A stretch of DNA of 64,000 nt from Bacteroidales bacterium (GTDB lineage Bacteria; Bacteroidota; Bacteroidia; Bacteroidales; P3), in assembly GCA_045598945.1 (NCBI GenBank), contig JAZRVD010000137.1, positions 1,513 through 65,512 of the forward strand, given 5' to 3'. Made by a program: the position numbers and the translations under genes. Below, in pieces: positions 37,557 through 45,086 of this stretch. The first letter of the stretch is position 1, and each line of letters starts with the position of its first letter. The notes under the pieces were generated by a model. The model was not told the origin of the DNA. It saw only the letters and a program-made list of their open reading frames with translations, and searched no databases.

Positions 37557-37799
37557 TATTGTGATTTTTTTACCACCCATATCGTTGGCCTCATACATTA
37601 TGTCCATAAGTATCTTTTCAATCACGCTGCGCAGCCCGCGCGCGCCGGTCTTGTTTTCCATAACAATATCCGCAACAGCCGCGATGGCGTTATCGTTGAA
37701 ATCCAAAGTTATGTTGTCGAAATCGAGAAGCTTCTTATATTGTTTCAACATACTGTTTTTAGGCTCTTTGATAATCCTGACCAGGTCTTTCTTGGTCAA
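37515..37799 (-). pseudogene. ClpX-like small AAA+ (C-terminal) domain segment, out of frame with the upstream segment
   Basis: TKKDLVRIIKEPKNSMLKQYKKL...ENKTGARGLRSVIEKILMDIMYE matches the ClpX sensor-2 region. It has no ATG (the track start is a TTG). It continues the upstream ORF if one C is added to the ACCCCT run at about 37797-37802. Confidence 0.75.
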
Positions 37800-38749
37800 G
37801 GGGTTGGTATGGGAAAACGGCCGACAAGTTCGGGTATCATGCCAAACGCGCGGAAGTCAGCCGGCGTAACGTATGCGAGGGAGTCGCTGACCTTGCCGTT
37901 GTCGGTAGTAAAATTGTTGAAACCTATAGTTTTTTTAGTCAGACGCTTTGCTATCAGACGCTCCATACCTTCAAAAGCGCCGAGCCCTATAAACAGGATA
38001 TTGGTCGTATCGACGTATGTTAGCGGCACCGTAGGGTTTAATCTACCGCCATTAGGCATATCGCCGACGACGGTAGACTCTAATATCTTGAGCATACCCT
38101 GTTGACAGTCCTCGCCAGAGACGTCGCGGGTGATAGAGACATTCTCGCCTTTGCGGGCAATCTTGTCAATCTCATCGATAACGCAAATGCCAATCTGGGT
38201 GCGCTTGACACTATGGTTGGCAGCCTTGAGCAGTCCTGTAATCATACTTTCAACATCGTTGCCGACATAACCGGCGGCCGTCATACCTGTAGCATCGGCG
38301 ATGTAGTACGGTACGTTGAGGAGATTGGCAATCATCTTGAGCATAAACGTGTTGTGGTTTAGTATGCCGTTGGTATAATACCTATGGTCGCTTTCATCGG
38401 CAAGCTCGAAATCATACATATTCTCATACACGCCACAGTTTTCACACTCAACAATCTCATCGACGCCGTCCTCGGTCATTATAAGGTCGCCTACAGCCAA
38501 GTCTTTGACAAAGACCTCGTCGAGGCTGTCGGTAAAGACGATGTGATCGTCGGCACATTCCAGCATCAAGCCGTTTTTCGTCTTTATAGAATACTTCAAG
38601 TACGGCACCGTTTTATGCAACGACACAGTGTCGACAAATCCGCTATCGGTCAGGATCTCCCACCCATCAGTGTCAAAGGTGTCAACAAATTTACGCTCAA
38701 CTAATTCAGATTTTCTTTTTTCAATCATTTCTTTTGTATATATATTCAA
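37796..38749 (-). CDS. Intein C-fragment (133 aa) fused to the ClpX-like large AAA+ domain after Walker A
   Basis: ...MYDFELADESDHRYYTNGILNHN|TFMLKMIANLLNVPYYIADATGMTAAGYVGNDVE...IGICVIDEIDKIARK...TNILFIGLGAF...TIGF...PELVGRFP. Start is TTG at 38749 or ATG at 38728. Confidence 0.8.
   Translation of the reverse strand: MNIYTKEMIEKRKSELVERKFVDTFDTDGWEILTDSGFVDTVSLHKTVPYLKYSIKTKNGLMLECADDHIVFTDSLDEVFVKDLAVGDLIMTEDGVDEIVECENCGVYENMYDFELADESDHRYYTNGILNHNTFMLKMIANLLNVPYYIADATGMTAAGYVGNDVESMITGLLKAANHSVKRTQIGICVIDEIDKIARKGENVSITRDVSGEDCQQGMLKILESTVVGDMPNGGRLNPTVPLTYVDTTNILFIGLGAFEGMERLIAKRLTKKTIGFNNFTTDNGKVSDSLAYVTPADFRAFGMIPELVGRFPIPTP
38351..38749 (-). other. Split-intein C-fragment (contains blocks B, F and G)
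   Basis: Block B-like GLMLECADDHIVFT and block F/G-like VYENMYDFELADESDHRYYTNGILNHN. The next residue is Thr (+1 nucleophile, codon 38348-38350). Confidence 0.75.
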
Positions 38750-38763
38750 CCTTTATTTGCAAT

Positions 38764-38970
38764 TCAATGTAGTTTTGATAGCAATGTTAAGACAGTGATG
38801 CTTTTAGGCGCATACGACTCCATCATTATTTGACAAGCCTCTTTAATGGATTGACCTCTACTAATAGTATCATCTATGATTAATGTATCTTGTCCGTTAA
38901 TTTTGTTTGCAGACTCAGCACACCACCAGATGCTTCGCTTTTTTACTACAAGACCAAAAACGTTAGCCAT
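38764..38970 (-). CDS. Short ORF (67 aa) resembling only the C-terminal PRPP-binding part of a type I phosphoribosyltransferase (ComF-like)
   Basis: [37 protein letters not shown] fits the PRTase PRPP-loop pattern, but the N-terminal half of the fold is missing. Its ATG overlaps the stop of the upstream ORF (ATGGCTAA). Confidence 0.45.
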   Translation of the reverse strand: MANVFGLVVKKRSIWWCAESANKINGQDTLIIDDTISRGQSIKEACQIMMESYAPKSITVLTLLSKLH

Positions 38971-39427
38971 TTTTTCCTTGCACCTGATGAGCACTCTTTA
39001 TTTGCATCAGGGCTATGAAGTCGTTGATGGAGATTTTGACAATCTCGCCGCTATCTTTTTTTCGCAATGTTACGCATGTGTCGCCTGAGACGCACTTGCC
39101 CGTACCCGTATTGCCGCACATGAGGATGTTTCCTTTTTCTATCGTAACGTTGTCAAACTCATCTGTGCGATTGTCTATGACACCATAGTTGGATAGCACT
39201 CGCTTGTAGTGGTTGTAGACTGCGACAGACAGGACTTTTTTCGCCTGGTCCTGACCAACGACGTAGTCGTCAAGGTATTTGACAATATCCTTCGGCTTGT
39301 ATCTTTCAAGCTTTTCCTTGAGCGGATTGAGTATTTCGGATAGTTCACGTTCATCTCTCTCCTTCTCTCTTCTTTTGCCTTCTTCCACTAAGCTGTCCCA
39401 ACTTGTACGTTCTTTTCTTGTTGCCAT
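38963..39427 (-). CDS. ClpX-like N-terminal segment (111 aa, up to Walker A GNTGTGK) fused to an intein N-fragment (43 aa)
   Basis: [31 protein letters not shown]...[11 protein letters not shown]|[30 protein letters not shown]...*. There is no zinc-binding N-domain; a charged coiled N-terminus takes its place. Confidence 0.8.
   Translation of the reverse strand: MATRKERTSWDSLVEEGKRREKERDERELSEILNPLKEKLERYKPKDIVKYLDDYVVGQDQAKKVLSVAVYNHYKRVLSNYGVIDNRTDEFDNVTIEKGNILMCGNTGTGKCVSGDTCVTLRKKDSGEIVKISINDFIALMQIKSAHQVQGKNG
38966..39094 (-). other. Split-intein N-fragment (block A)
   Basis: Starts with Cys1 (TGC, 39092-39094) exactly after the Walker A lysine. CVSGDTCV is a classic block-A motif. Confidence 0.75.
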
Positions 39428-39769
39428 AATTGTTTATAAATTTATAAATGAATATTTTGAAATCAGTTCGTATCTAAGCGACGTATAAACGCATTCTCTT
39501 TATACCTCTATAGCAGAGAGCCTGTTTTGATTATAGCTCTAAAATTCTCCATCATTGTTTTTTATTTTCGATAATGCGAATGTATGATTTTTTTTGAAAT
39601 AATAAAATACATGAAGAAAAAACCGCAAATATTTTGCGACGAGCGGGCAGGTCGTGTCGCAAGCTGTAGCTATGCAACTTTCAACCCAATAGAAAAAAAA
39701 CGGATTGCATTGGTGCAGCATGCCACGTCTTAACAAGGGCATACATATACACAAGACAAGTAAACGAAT

Positions 39770-39808
39770 AAAAAAAGATGTTGCAAACTACTTGCAACAT
39801 CCTTTTTT
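39770..39808. terminator. Bidirectional rho-independent terminator immediately downstream of tRNA-Leu(CAG)
   Basis: 10-bp perfect stem GATGTTGCAA / TTGCAACATC with a 5-nt loop, an A7 run on one side and a T6 run on the other. Confidence 0.8.
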
Positions 39809-39812
39809 GATG

Positions 39813-39894
39813 TGCCCGGGACAGGACTTGAACCTGCACTCCTTGCGAAATACGCACCTGAAACGTACGCGTCTACCAATTCCGCCACCCGGGC
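39813..39894 (-). tRNA. tRNA-Leu (anticodon CAG), class II with a long variable arm, CCA not encoded
   Basis: Hand-folded: acceptor GCCCGGG/CCCGGGC, anticodon stem TACGT/GCGTA with loop TTCAGGT, T-loop GGTTCAAGTCC. Confidence 0.9.
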
Positions 39895-39947
39895 TGTTTT
39901 AGTCAAAAATAAAGAGCACTTTCATGCTCTATTATTTTCACCTTGTA

Positions 39948-40034
39948 TGGTGCCCAGGACAAGACTTGAACTTGCACGCCGTTATCGGCACTACCCCCTC
40001 AAAGTAGCGTGTATACCAATTTCACCACCTGGGC
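39948..40034 (-). tRNA. tRNA-Leu (anticodon GAG), class II, CCA encoded
   Basis: Hand-folded: acceptor GCCCAGG/CCTGGGC, anticodon loop TTGAGGG, T-loop AGTTCAAGTCT, 3' ACCA. Confidence 0.9.
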
Positions 40035-40056
40035 TTCTTCCTCTCGAAAGCGGGTG

Positions 40057-40064
40057 CAAAGATA
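40057..40064 (-). promoter_or_regulatory. -7 promoter box (TATCTTTG on the transcribed strand) for the tRNA-Leu pair
   Basis: Matches TAnnTTTG 22 nt upstream of the tRNA 5' end at 40034. Confidence 0.6.
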
Positions 40065-40312
40065 CAGCATTTTTTTATACCAGCAAAATATTTTTTTCTT
40101 TTTTTCTTTTACCGTCTAACAACATACATATTTTCAGACCTATAAGCATAGATATTTTTTTTCTTCATACCGTATTGTCGCACGTCGTATTGCAGATAAA
40201 AAAGAGAGAAAAATCTTTTTAGCTCCGTTTTCTCGCATCATTGCAATATACTACGAGGGCTGCGACAATAACCGCAGCCCCCGTATACAAGCTACAAGCA
40301 TACATTCAAAGA

Positions 40313-43300
40313 CTAATCGTCCTCTTCCTCGCTGTCTTCTTCGCCATCCTCGCTGTCGGTAGCCGAAGAGCCGTCGGTCTGACCGAAGCGGAGCAAGAAG
40401 TTGGCCACGTCGTTCTTGCTGCTGCCTACACGATAGTGGAAGGTGCCAGTCTTGTCGGAGACCTGACGCTGGTCGGCGCTGAGACCCTTGATCATATCGA
40501 CCCACTCGCCCACGGAGGAATAGATGGTGAGCTGCTGTGTGTTGGCCTCATAGTTAAAGTAGTACCAGTGGTCGGAGGCCACCTGTATGTAGAGCGTGAG
40601 GTTGGTGGTGGTGCCACGCTTGAAGATCTGAGCCTTGACACGAGTGTCGAGGTTGAGCTGCTTCTTGCCCACCATCATGAGAGGTGTAACGCCATCGTAG
40701 TAGTAGCCCAAAGTGGAGGAGTACTTCCAGTTGATACGACCAAAGAGGAGCGTCTGGTCGAACTGCTTGGGCTTCTTGTTCATAGCACCGGTAGAGACAT
40801 AGTCGGTGTAAGCCTCGTTGCCCTTCTCGTCGCCCATATAGTAGACCATGGCGTCGTGCAAGAGGTCGTTGTCGGGGTTGGATGGCGAGAGGCGTAGGTC
40901 GTCGGCGATAAGCTGAGCCATATATTCTATAACCTTGTCCTGCATTGGGAAGGTAACGCCGAAGAGGGTATTGACGGCGGTGCCTTCAATGTCCTTGGGG
41001 TCGAGCTTGGCGTTGCCATAGGCAAAGTTGCCGCCCACGCCCTGACGTATGCCAAGACGTACAGGACCTTCGCCGCTGACGGCACATGTCTGCGTGTTGA
41101 GAGTGAGCAGACGGCCCACGATGGCGAGGTCTTCGAGTTTCTCGCGCGAGGCTATGCGATAGACCTGCTCCTTGCTGTCGTATTCAAGGTAGCCAAAAGA
41201 GGTAACAATCTCGTTGTCGACGGCGCGTTCGGAGGTGAGGAAGGCGTTGCGAGGCTCAAGGCTGTTGGGGTCGTAGAGTATGGCAGCGGTGATACGCTCA
41301 CCCTTCCAGTCGACAGGTATCTCTGGCACCTCGACCTGCACGTCCTTGGGGTCGATATAGCCATTGAAGGCGAGGAGACCCATCTTGTCGGCAGGTAGGC
41401 AGTTGTGGATAAGGCGCACGCCGCCTTCCATAAAATAGGCGTTGGTGTCAGCCTCGACACGCACCTTGCCGGCAAAGCCGAGAGCCTTGTTGAGAGTGAA
41501 GTTGGCATCGTCGGCGATGAAGCCCTGACCAATGGTTACACCCTCTTTGTTGGGAGCTATAGACTCCATAAAGATAGGCTGGTGCTTCTCGTCCTCGTCG
41601 ATATAGTCGATATAGCCCTTGCCCGAATAGGCGTTGCGGCCGGTAACGATGACATCGGCGTCGTAGAACTGGTGGAACTTGTTGTCGCGCGAGGCTACAA
41701 TCTTGGATTTCTGCAAGAGTTTCATATCAGCATTGCGCGAGATATGCAGCGAGTCGCCAGAGGGAGCGATAGCCGCATCGGCGACATTGACAAGGAAGAC
41801 CTGCTGGCAGCTCAGCTCGGCATGGTCATACTTGAAGATAGCGTGGACGCTGTTGAACTCGAGGTTGTCCTGCTTGGGGTGCATAGATACAAAGCGAGCG
41901 CCTGGCATCTCCTTGCCCACACGGTCGACGACATCGACCGACTCGAGACCCTGGGAGTCGTTGCTCTTGCTGTTCTGGAGGTCGAGGGTCTGGTTGTCCA
42001 TGCCCCACGAGAACTTGTCAACGAAGGCCTTGTACTGCAGCACAGGCAGCTTAGTCTCGCTGATGGGGTCGTTGGCGACGAAGTCGGCACGGCGAGCCTT
42101 AAAGTCAACATGCGCCTGCATATTGTCGGCTTGGAAAGCCACCTTGTTGTAGAGCTTGCTCTGCAAGACAAACTTGCTGACCTGGGCATCCATCTCGGTG
42201 GTAGAGAGGTCGAAGCGCAGAGAAGAGAGGAGGCCTTCGTCGTTGTTGAGATGAGCGTCGCCAGAGGCGATAGCCCCCTCAGGACGGAGAGCCACATAGC
42301 CATCGAGATAGGTAGCGCCGTGGTACATGATAAACGGCGTGCCGCCCTTGGGCTGGGCAATATTCATAGAGTCCATGTAAGGATACCAGCGCTCGAAGGT
42401 GCGGCCGTTCTGAATATCGGGGAAGCCCCCCTCCTCGCGCACATAGAAGGTGTCGGTGATGGCAAACATGGAATCGGGGAGGAACAAGATGTCGTTGCTC
42501 TTAGACACCGAGGTGAGGTAGTCGACCTGTCCGCGACCGCGCAAGCCCTTATAGCTGAGGTCGATGGTGTTGTGATAGGTGCCCTTGCCACCGTAGGCGG
42601 GGAAGCCCTCCTTGGGGGTCTGACGCACAAAGCCGAGCGAATAGTCGGGCTGCACCTTGAGAGGCTCCTCGAAATCGGGGAAGATACCCGCCGAAGTCAG
42701 CTTGCCGCCAAACTGCACACTGTCGGTGGCAAAATTGACAAGGTTTTTGACAGTGAAAGGATAGAGGGTGAAATAGAACTTGTCGCGTCGGTAGAGGCCA
42801 TGCTGCACCACAGGGGCATCGTAGTAAACAAAGCTGTTCTCCTTGCTCTCGAGGATGGGGAAGTCCTTGGTGCGCTTGAGGCCGTTGTGGTTGTCCGGCT
42901 CGTCGATCTGTATGGTGGCCACCAGTTGATGCAGCGGAGTACGCACCAGCTGCTCCTTGTTGGGGTCGGTAAACATCTTGACATAGAAGAACATGGAGTC
43001 TACTTTGGGCATGTCGAGGTTGAACTTCTCGTAGGAGAAGTCGGCATCGGTAACAAACATCACAAAACGGCCTGCATCGACACGTCCAGAGAAGCTGATG
43101 TCGCGGTTTTTATGCACCACAATCTTGCCCTTGTAGGGGCGTATGGCTACAGCCTGGCTGTCGCTGACGACAAACTTGCTGATACCCTCGATATTGAGGT
43201 CGAGACTTTCGAGCGAGAGGACAGCGTTGACACCCTTGGTGGCAGACTCGAGGGTGATGGCGTCGTAGTCGTGGTTGGGAGTGCGAGTCTCCGACTTGAC

Positions 43301-44851
43301 ATAATCCTTGAGCTTGGGCTTGGCGGTAACATTGCCTGTGGCCTCGTTGAAGGAGACCAAGCCATAGTGCGCCAGCTCATGGATGAGCTTCTTGGACTGG
43401 GCGAGGTCGAAATGAGTGTCGTGGGCAAAGTCCTCGATGAAAAACTCGCCAAGAAAGCCGCGCTTCTTGGTGTACTTATACACCAGCATGGCAGGGCTTA
43501 TCTCGCCAAGTCCTTGCAGGTTGCGAGCCTTGACATCGGAGAAGTAGTTGCAGCTCTCGAAGGTGCAGAACGACTCGTCGCCCGGCGTGCCTACCGACGA
43601 AAGGATGAGCTTGTCGTCGTCGAGCTTATAAGAGATATTCTCGCAGAAGATGTCGAGGCTATGGTAGCTGTCGTTGTACGGACTATAGAAGTTGCGCTGA
43701 GGCATGTTGACGATATTGAGCGTGCGGTCGGTGGTCTGATAGGTGATAGCCACACCGTCGTTGGTGATAGAGTCCTTGCCAAGACGAATTACAACGGCGG
43801 CCTGTTCAGAGACCAGCTTGCTATGAGTAATGTTGAACTTGGCGGCCTGCACGAGGATGAACGGCTTGCTGTTGCGATAGAACACCAGCGTGCCGGGATT
43901 TTCGCTGTCGTTGGTAACCATCTTGCCGCCATTCATCATAAAGCAGCCCTGATAGTCGACGCCAGGCACTATGTCTTTGATCTTGAAATCGCGCTGATAG
44001 GAGCGGAACTTGGGGAAGCCATACTTGGCAGGCTCCATCTTGGTAGACATAGACTCCTCTACACGGCCCATGATAGGCGACTTGAAATAGCTGGAGTTGG
44101 TAAACTTCACGCTGTCGGCAGTGAATTTGGCATACTTGGTGTTGGCCTTGTAGTTGCCAAGCGACGCCCAGCACGACGATGCCGGCAAGCCGGTACGCTC
44201 CCATGTGAGACGGCCGCCCTTGCCTGTCCATGTGTTAGACGGGAAATGGAACACGCCAGTGGTGCCATATATCACGCCGTTGTCGTTGCGGCTGCCATAG
44301 TACAGCTCCATATTCTTGTCGAAGACCACCTGCACCTCGTCGTCGTTCCACCGCAAGGCAAAGCTGCAGCCAGCCTGAGCCTGCCACAGCGCCGACTGGG
44401 TGCTGTTGAGCGTGCGATCCTTGGCAAGTTGCTCGGTAAACTCGGCAAACTCAAATAGTTTCTTGCCCGATTTGCTCTTCTCCATAAGATTGTCGGCACA
44501 GTCGAGCCAGCCGCTCATATTCTGCTTGCCCACAGGATTCTGCATAAACGCAGCAGCCTGCGACAAGAAGTCCGACATGTCGCCTTTCTTGGCCTTGCCC
44601 TTTACCAAGAGGCTGCAGACATCGGCAAAACGACCTTTAGCAGCCTGATCGAGAGAGGAATACACCGTCTCGAAAGACTTAAGCACATTGGCATACTCAG
44701 CCTCCTTGTCGGGCACCTTGCCCGTGATGAGATACTCTTTGAGCTGACCAGGCAGCCCCTCGGCAGTAAACTTGATTTCAGTCTTTTGCTTTTGCGCCAC
44801 CAGCGTAAAACTGAAGACAACAAGCAGCAAGACCAACAATGCTCTTTTCAT
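40313..44851 (-). CDS. Large (1512 aa) secreted conserved hypothetical protein with a poly-acidic C-terminus
   Basis: Signal peptide MKRALLVLLLVVFSFTLVAQ (ATG 44851). No motif I can assign. The tail is ATDSEDGEEDSEEEDD. Confidence 0.8.
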   Translation of the reverse strand: MKRALLVLLLVVFSFTLVAQKQKTEIKFTAEGLPGQLKEYLITGKVPDKEAEYANVLKSFETVYSSLDQAAKGRFADVCSLLVKGKAKKGDMSDFLSQAAAFMQNPVGKQNMSGWLDCADNLMEKSKSGKKLFEFAEFTEQLAKDRTLNSTQSALWQAQAGCSFALRWNDDEVQVVFDKNMELYYGSRNDNGVIYGTTGVFHFPSNTWTGKGGRLTWERTGLPASSCWASLGNYKANTKYAKFTADSVKFTNSSYFKSPIMGRVEESMSTKMEPAKYGFPKFRSYQRDFKIKDIVPGVDYQGCFMMNGGKMVTNDSENPGTLVFYRNSKPFILVQAAKFNITHSKLVSEQAAVVIRLGKDSITNDGVAITYQTTDRTLNIVNMPQRNFYSPYNDSYHSLDIFCENISYKLDDDKLILSSVGTPGDESFCTFESCNYFSDVKARNLQGLGEISPAMLVYKYTKKRGFLGEFFIEDFAHDTHFDLAQSKKLIHELAHYGLVSFNEATGNVTAKPKLKDYVKSETRTPNHDYDAITLESATKGVNAVLSLESLDLNIEGISKFVVSDSQAVAIRPYKGKIVVHKNRDISFSGRVDAGRFVMFVTDADFSYEKFNLDMPKVDSMFFYVKMFTDPNKEQLVRTPLHQLVATIQIDEPDNHNGLKRTKDFPILESKENSFVYYDAPVVQHGLYRRDKFYFTLYPFTVKNLVNFATDSVQFGGKLTSAGIFPDFEEPLKVQPDYSLGFVRQTPKEGFPAYGGKGTYHNTIDLSYKGLRGRGQVDYLTSVSKSNDILFLPDSMFAITDTFYVREEGGFPDIQNGRTFERWYPYMDSMNIAQPKGGTPFIMYHGATYLDGYVALRPEGAIASGDAHLNNDEGLLSSLRFDLSTTEMDAQVSKFVLQSKLYNKVAFQADNMQAHVDFKARRADFVANDPISETKLPVLQYKAFVDKFSWGMDNQTLDLQNSKSNDSQGLESVDVVDRVGKEMPGARFVSMHPKQDNLEFNSVHAIFKYDHAELSCQQVFLVNVADAAIAPSGDSLHISRNADMKLLQKSKIVASRDNKFHQFYDADVIVTGRNAYSGKGYIDYIDEDEKHQPIFMESIAPNKEGVTIGQGFIADDANFTLNKALGFAGKVRVEADTNAYFMEGGVRLIHNCLPADKMGLLAFNGYIDPKDVQVEVPEIPVDWKGERITAAILYDPNSLEPRNAFLTSERAVDNEIVTSFGYLEYDSKEQVYRIASREKLEDLAIVGRLLTLNTQTCAVSGEGPVRLGIRQGVGGNFAYGNAKLDPKDIEGTAVNTLFGVTFPMQDKVIEYMAQLIADDLRLSPSNPDNDLLHDAMVYYMGDEKGNEAYTDYVSTGAMNKKPKQFDQTLLFGRINWKYSSTLGYYYDGVTPLMMVGKKQLNLDTRVKAQIFKRGTTTNLTLYIQVASDHWYYFNYEANTQQLTIYSSVGEWVDMIKGLSADQRQVSDKTGTFHYRVGSSKNDVANFLLRFGQTDGSSATDSEDGEEDSEEEDD

Positions 44852-45053
44852 ATTGATGTATTTTAGATTAATTATCGACACATAAAAACAGCCACCACCC
44901 CACTTTGAGGGCAGAAACCGCATGGCAAAAGTAGAACAAAAAAGGCAATGGCAGACCTACTTGAACAAAAATATACAAACAACAGATAGTGAATAATCCC
45001 ATCCTCTCATTTATTAAGAATAAAAAAACACTATCTACAAACAGAAAATAACG

Positions 45054-45061
45054 TATCTTTG
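45054..45061 (+). promoter_or_regulatory. -7 promoter box TATCTTTG for rsmE
   Basis: Matches TAnnTTTG 25 nt upstream of the ATG at 45087. Confidence 0.6.
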
Positions 45062-45086
45062 CAAAGTTTAATAACACCACCGTTAC

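Noticed and set aside
38764-38994. Annotating the gap ORF as a functional phosphoribosyltransferase
   Set aside because: Only about 45 residues resemble the PRPP-binding loop region. The N-terminal half of the fold, including the hood and core strands, is absent. I keep it as a fragment or mini-ORF.
39539-39754. 71-aa minus-strand ORF between the two terminators downstream of tRNA-Leu(CAG). A possible small RNA in the same interval was also considered.
   Set aside because: The translation is cysteine- and phenylalanine-rich and not protein-like. There is no promoter box for either a CDS or an sRNA, and only a weak 6-bp-stem terminator at about 39612-39640.
39428-39812. A third copy of the 56-bp repeat, or a duplicated tRNA-Leu 3' segment, that would mark the island's att site
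   Set aside because: I read through the region and through 33862-34390 by eye and found neither. The island boundary at the tRNA therefore remains an inference only.
39812-40222. 136-aa plus-strand ORF, and 39705..39902
   Set aside because: They overlap the two hand-folded tRNA-Leu genes and their promoter on the other strand. The translation has no protein-like features.
41405-44458. 1017-aa plus-strand ORF
   Set aside because: It lies entirely antisense to the 1512-aa gene, which has a signal peptide and natural composition. The plus-strand translation is a low-complexity V/L/G/A/D/E/H/R-rich string typical of shadow frames, with no promoter box or start context. I treat it as a codon-bias artefact.
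40313-44851. Naming the 1512-aa protein TamB/AsmA-like
   Set aside because: Size and genomic context suggested it. However, it has a cleavable signal peptide rather than an N-terminal anchor, and none of the repetitive beta-taco-like sequence pattern I associate with TamB. There is no supporting motif.
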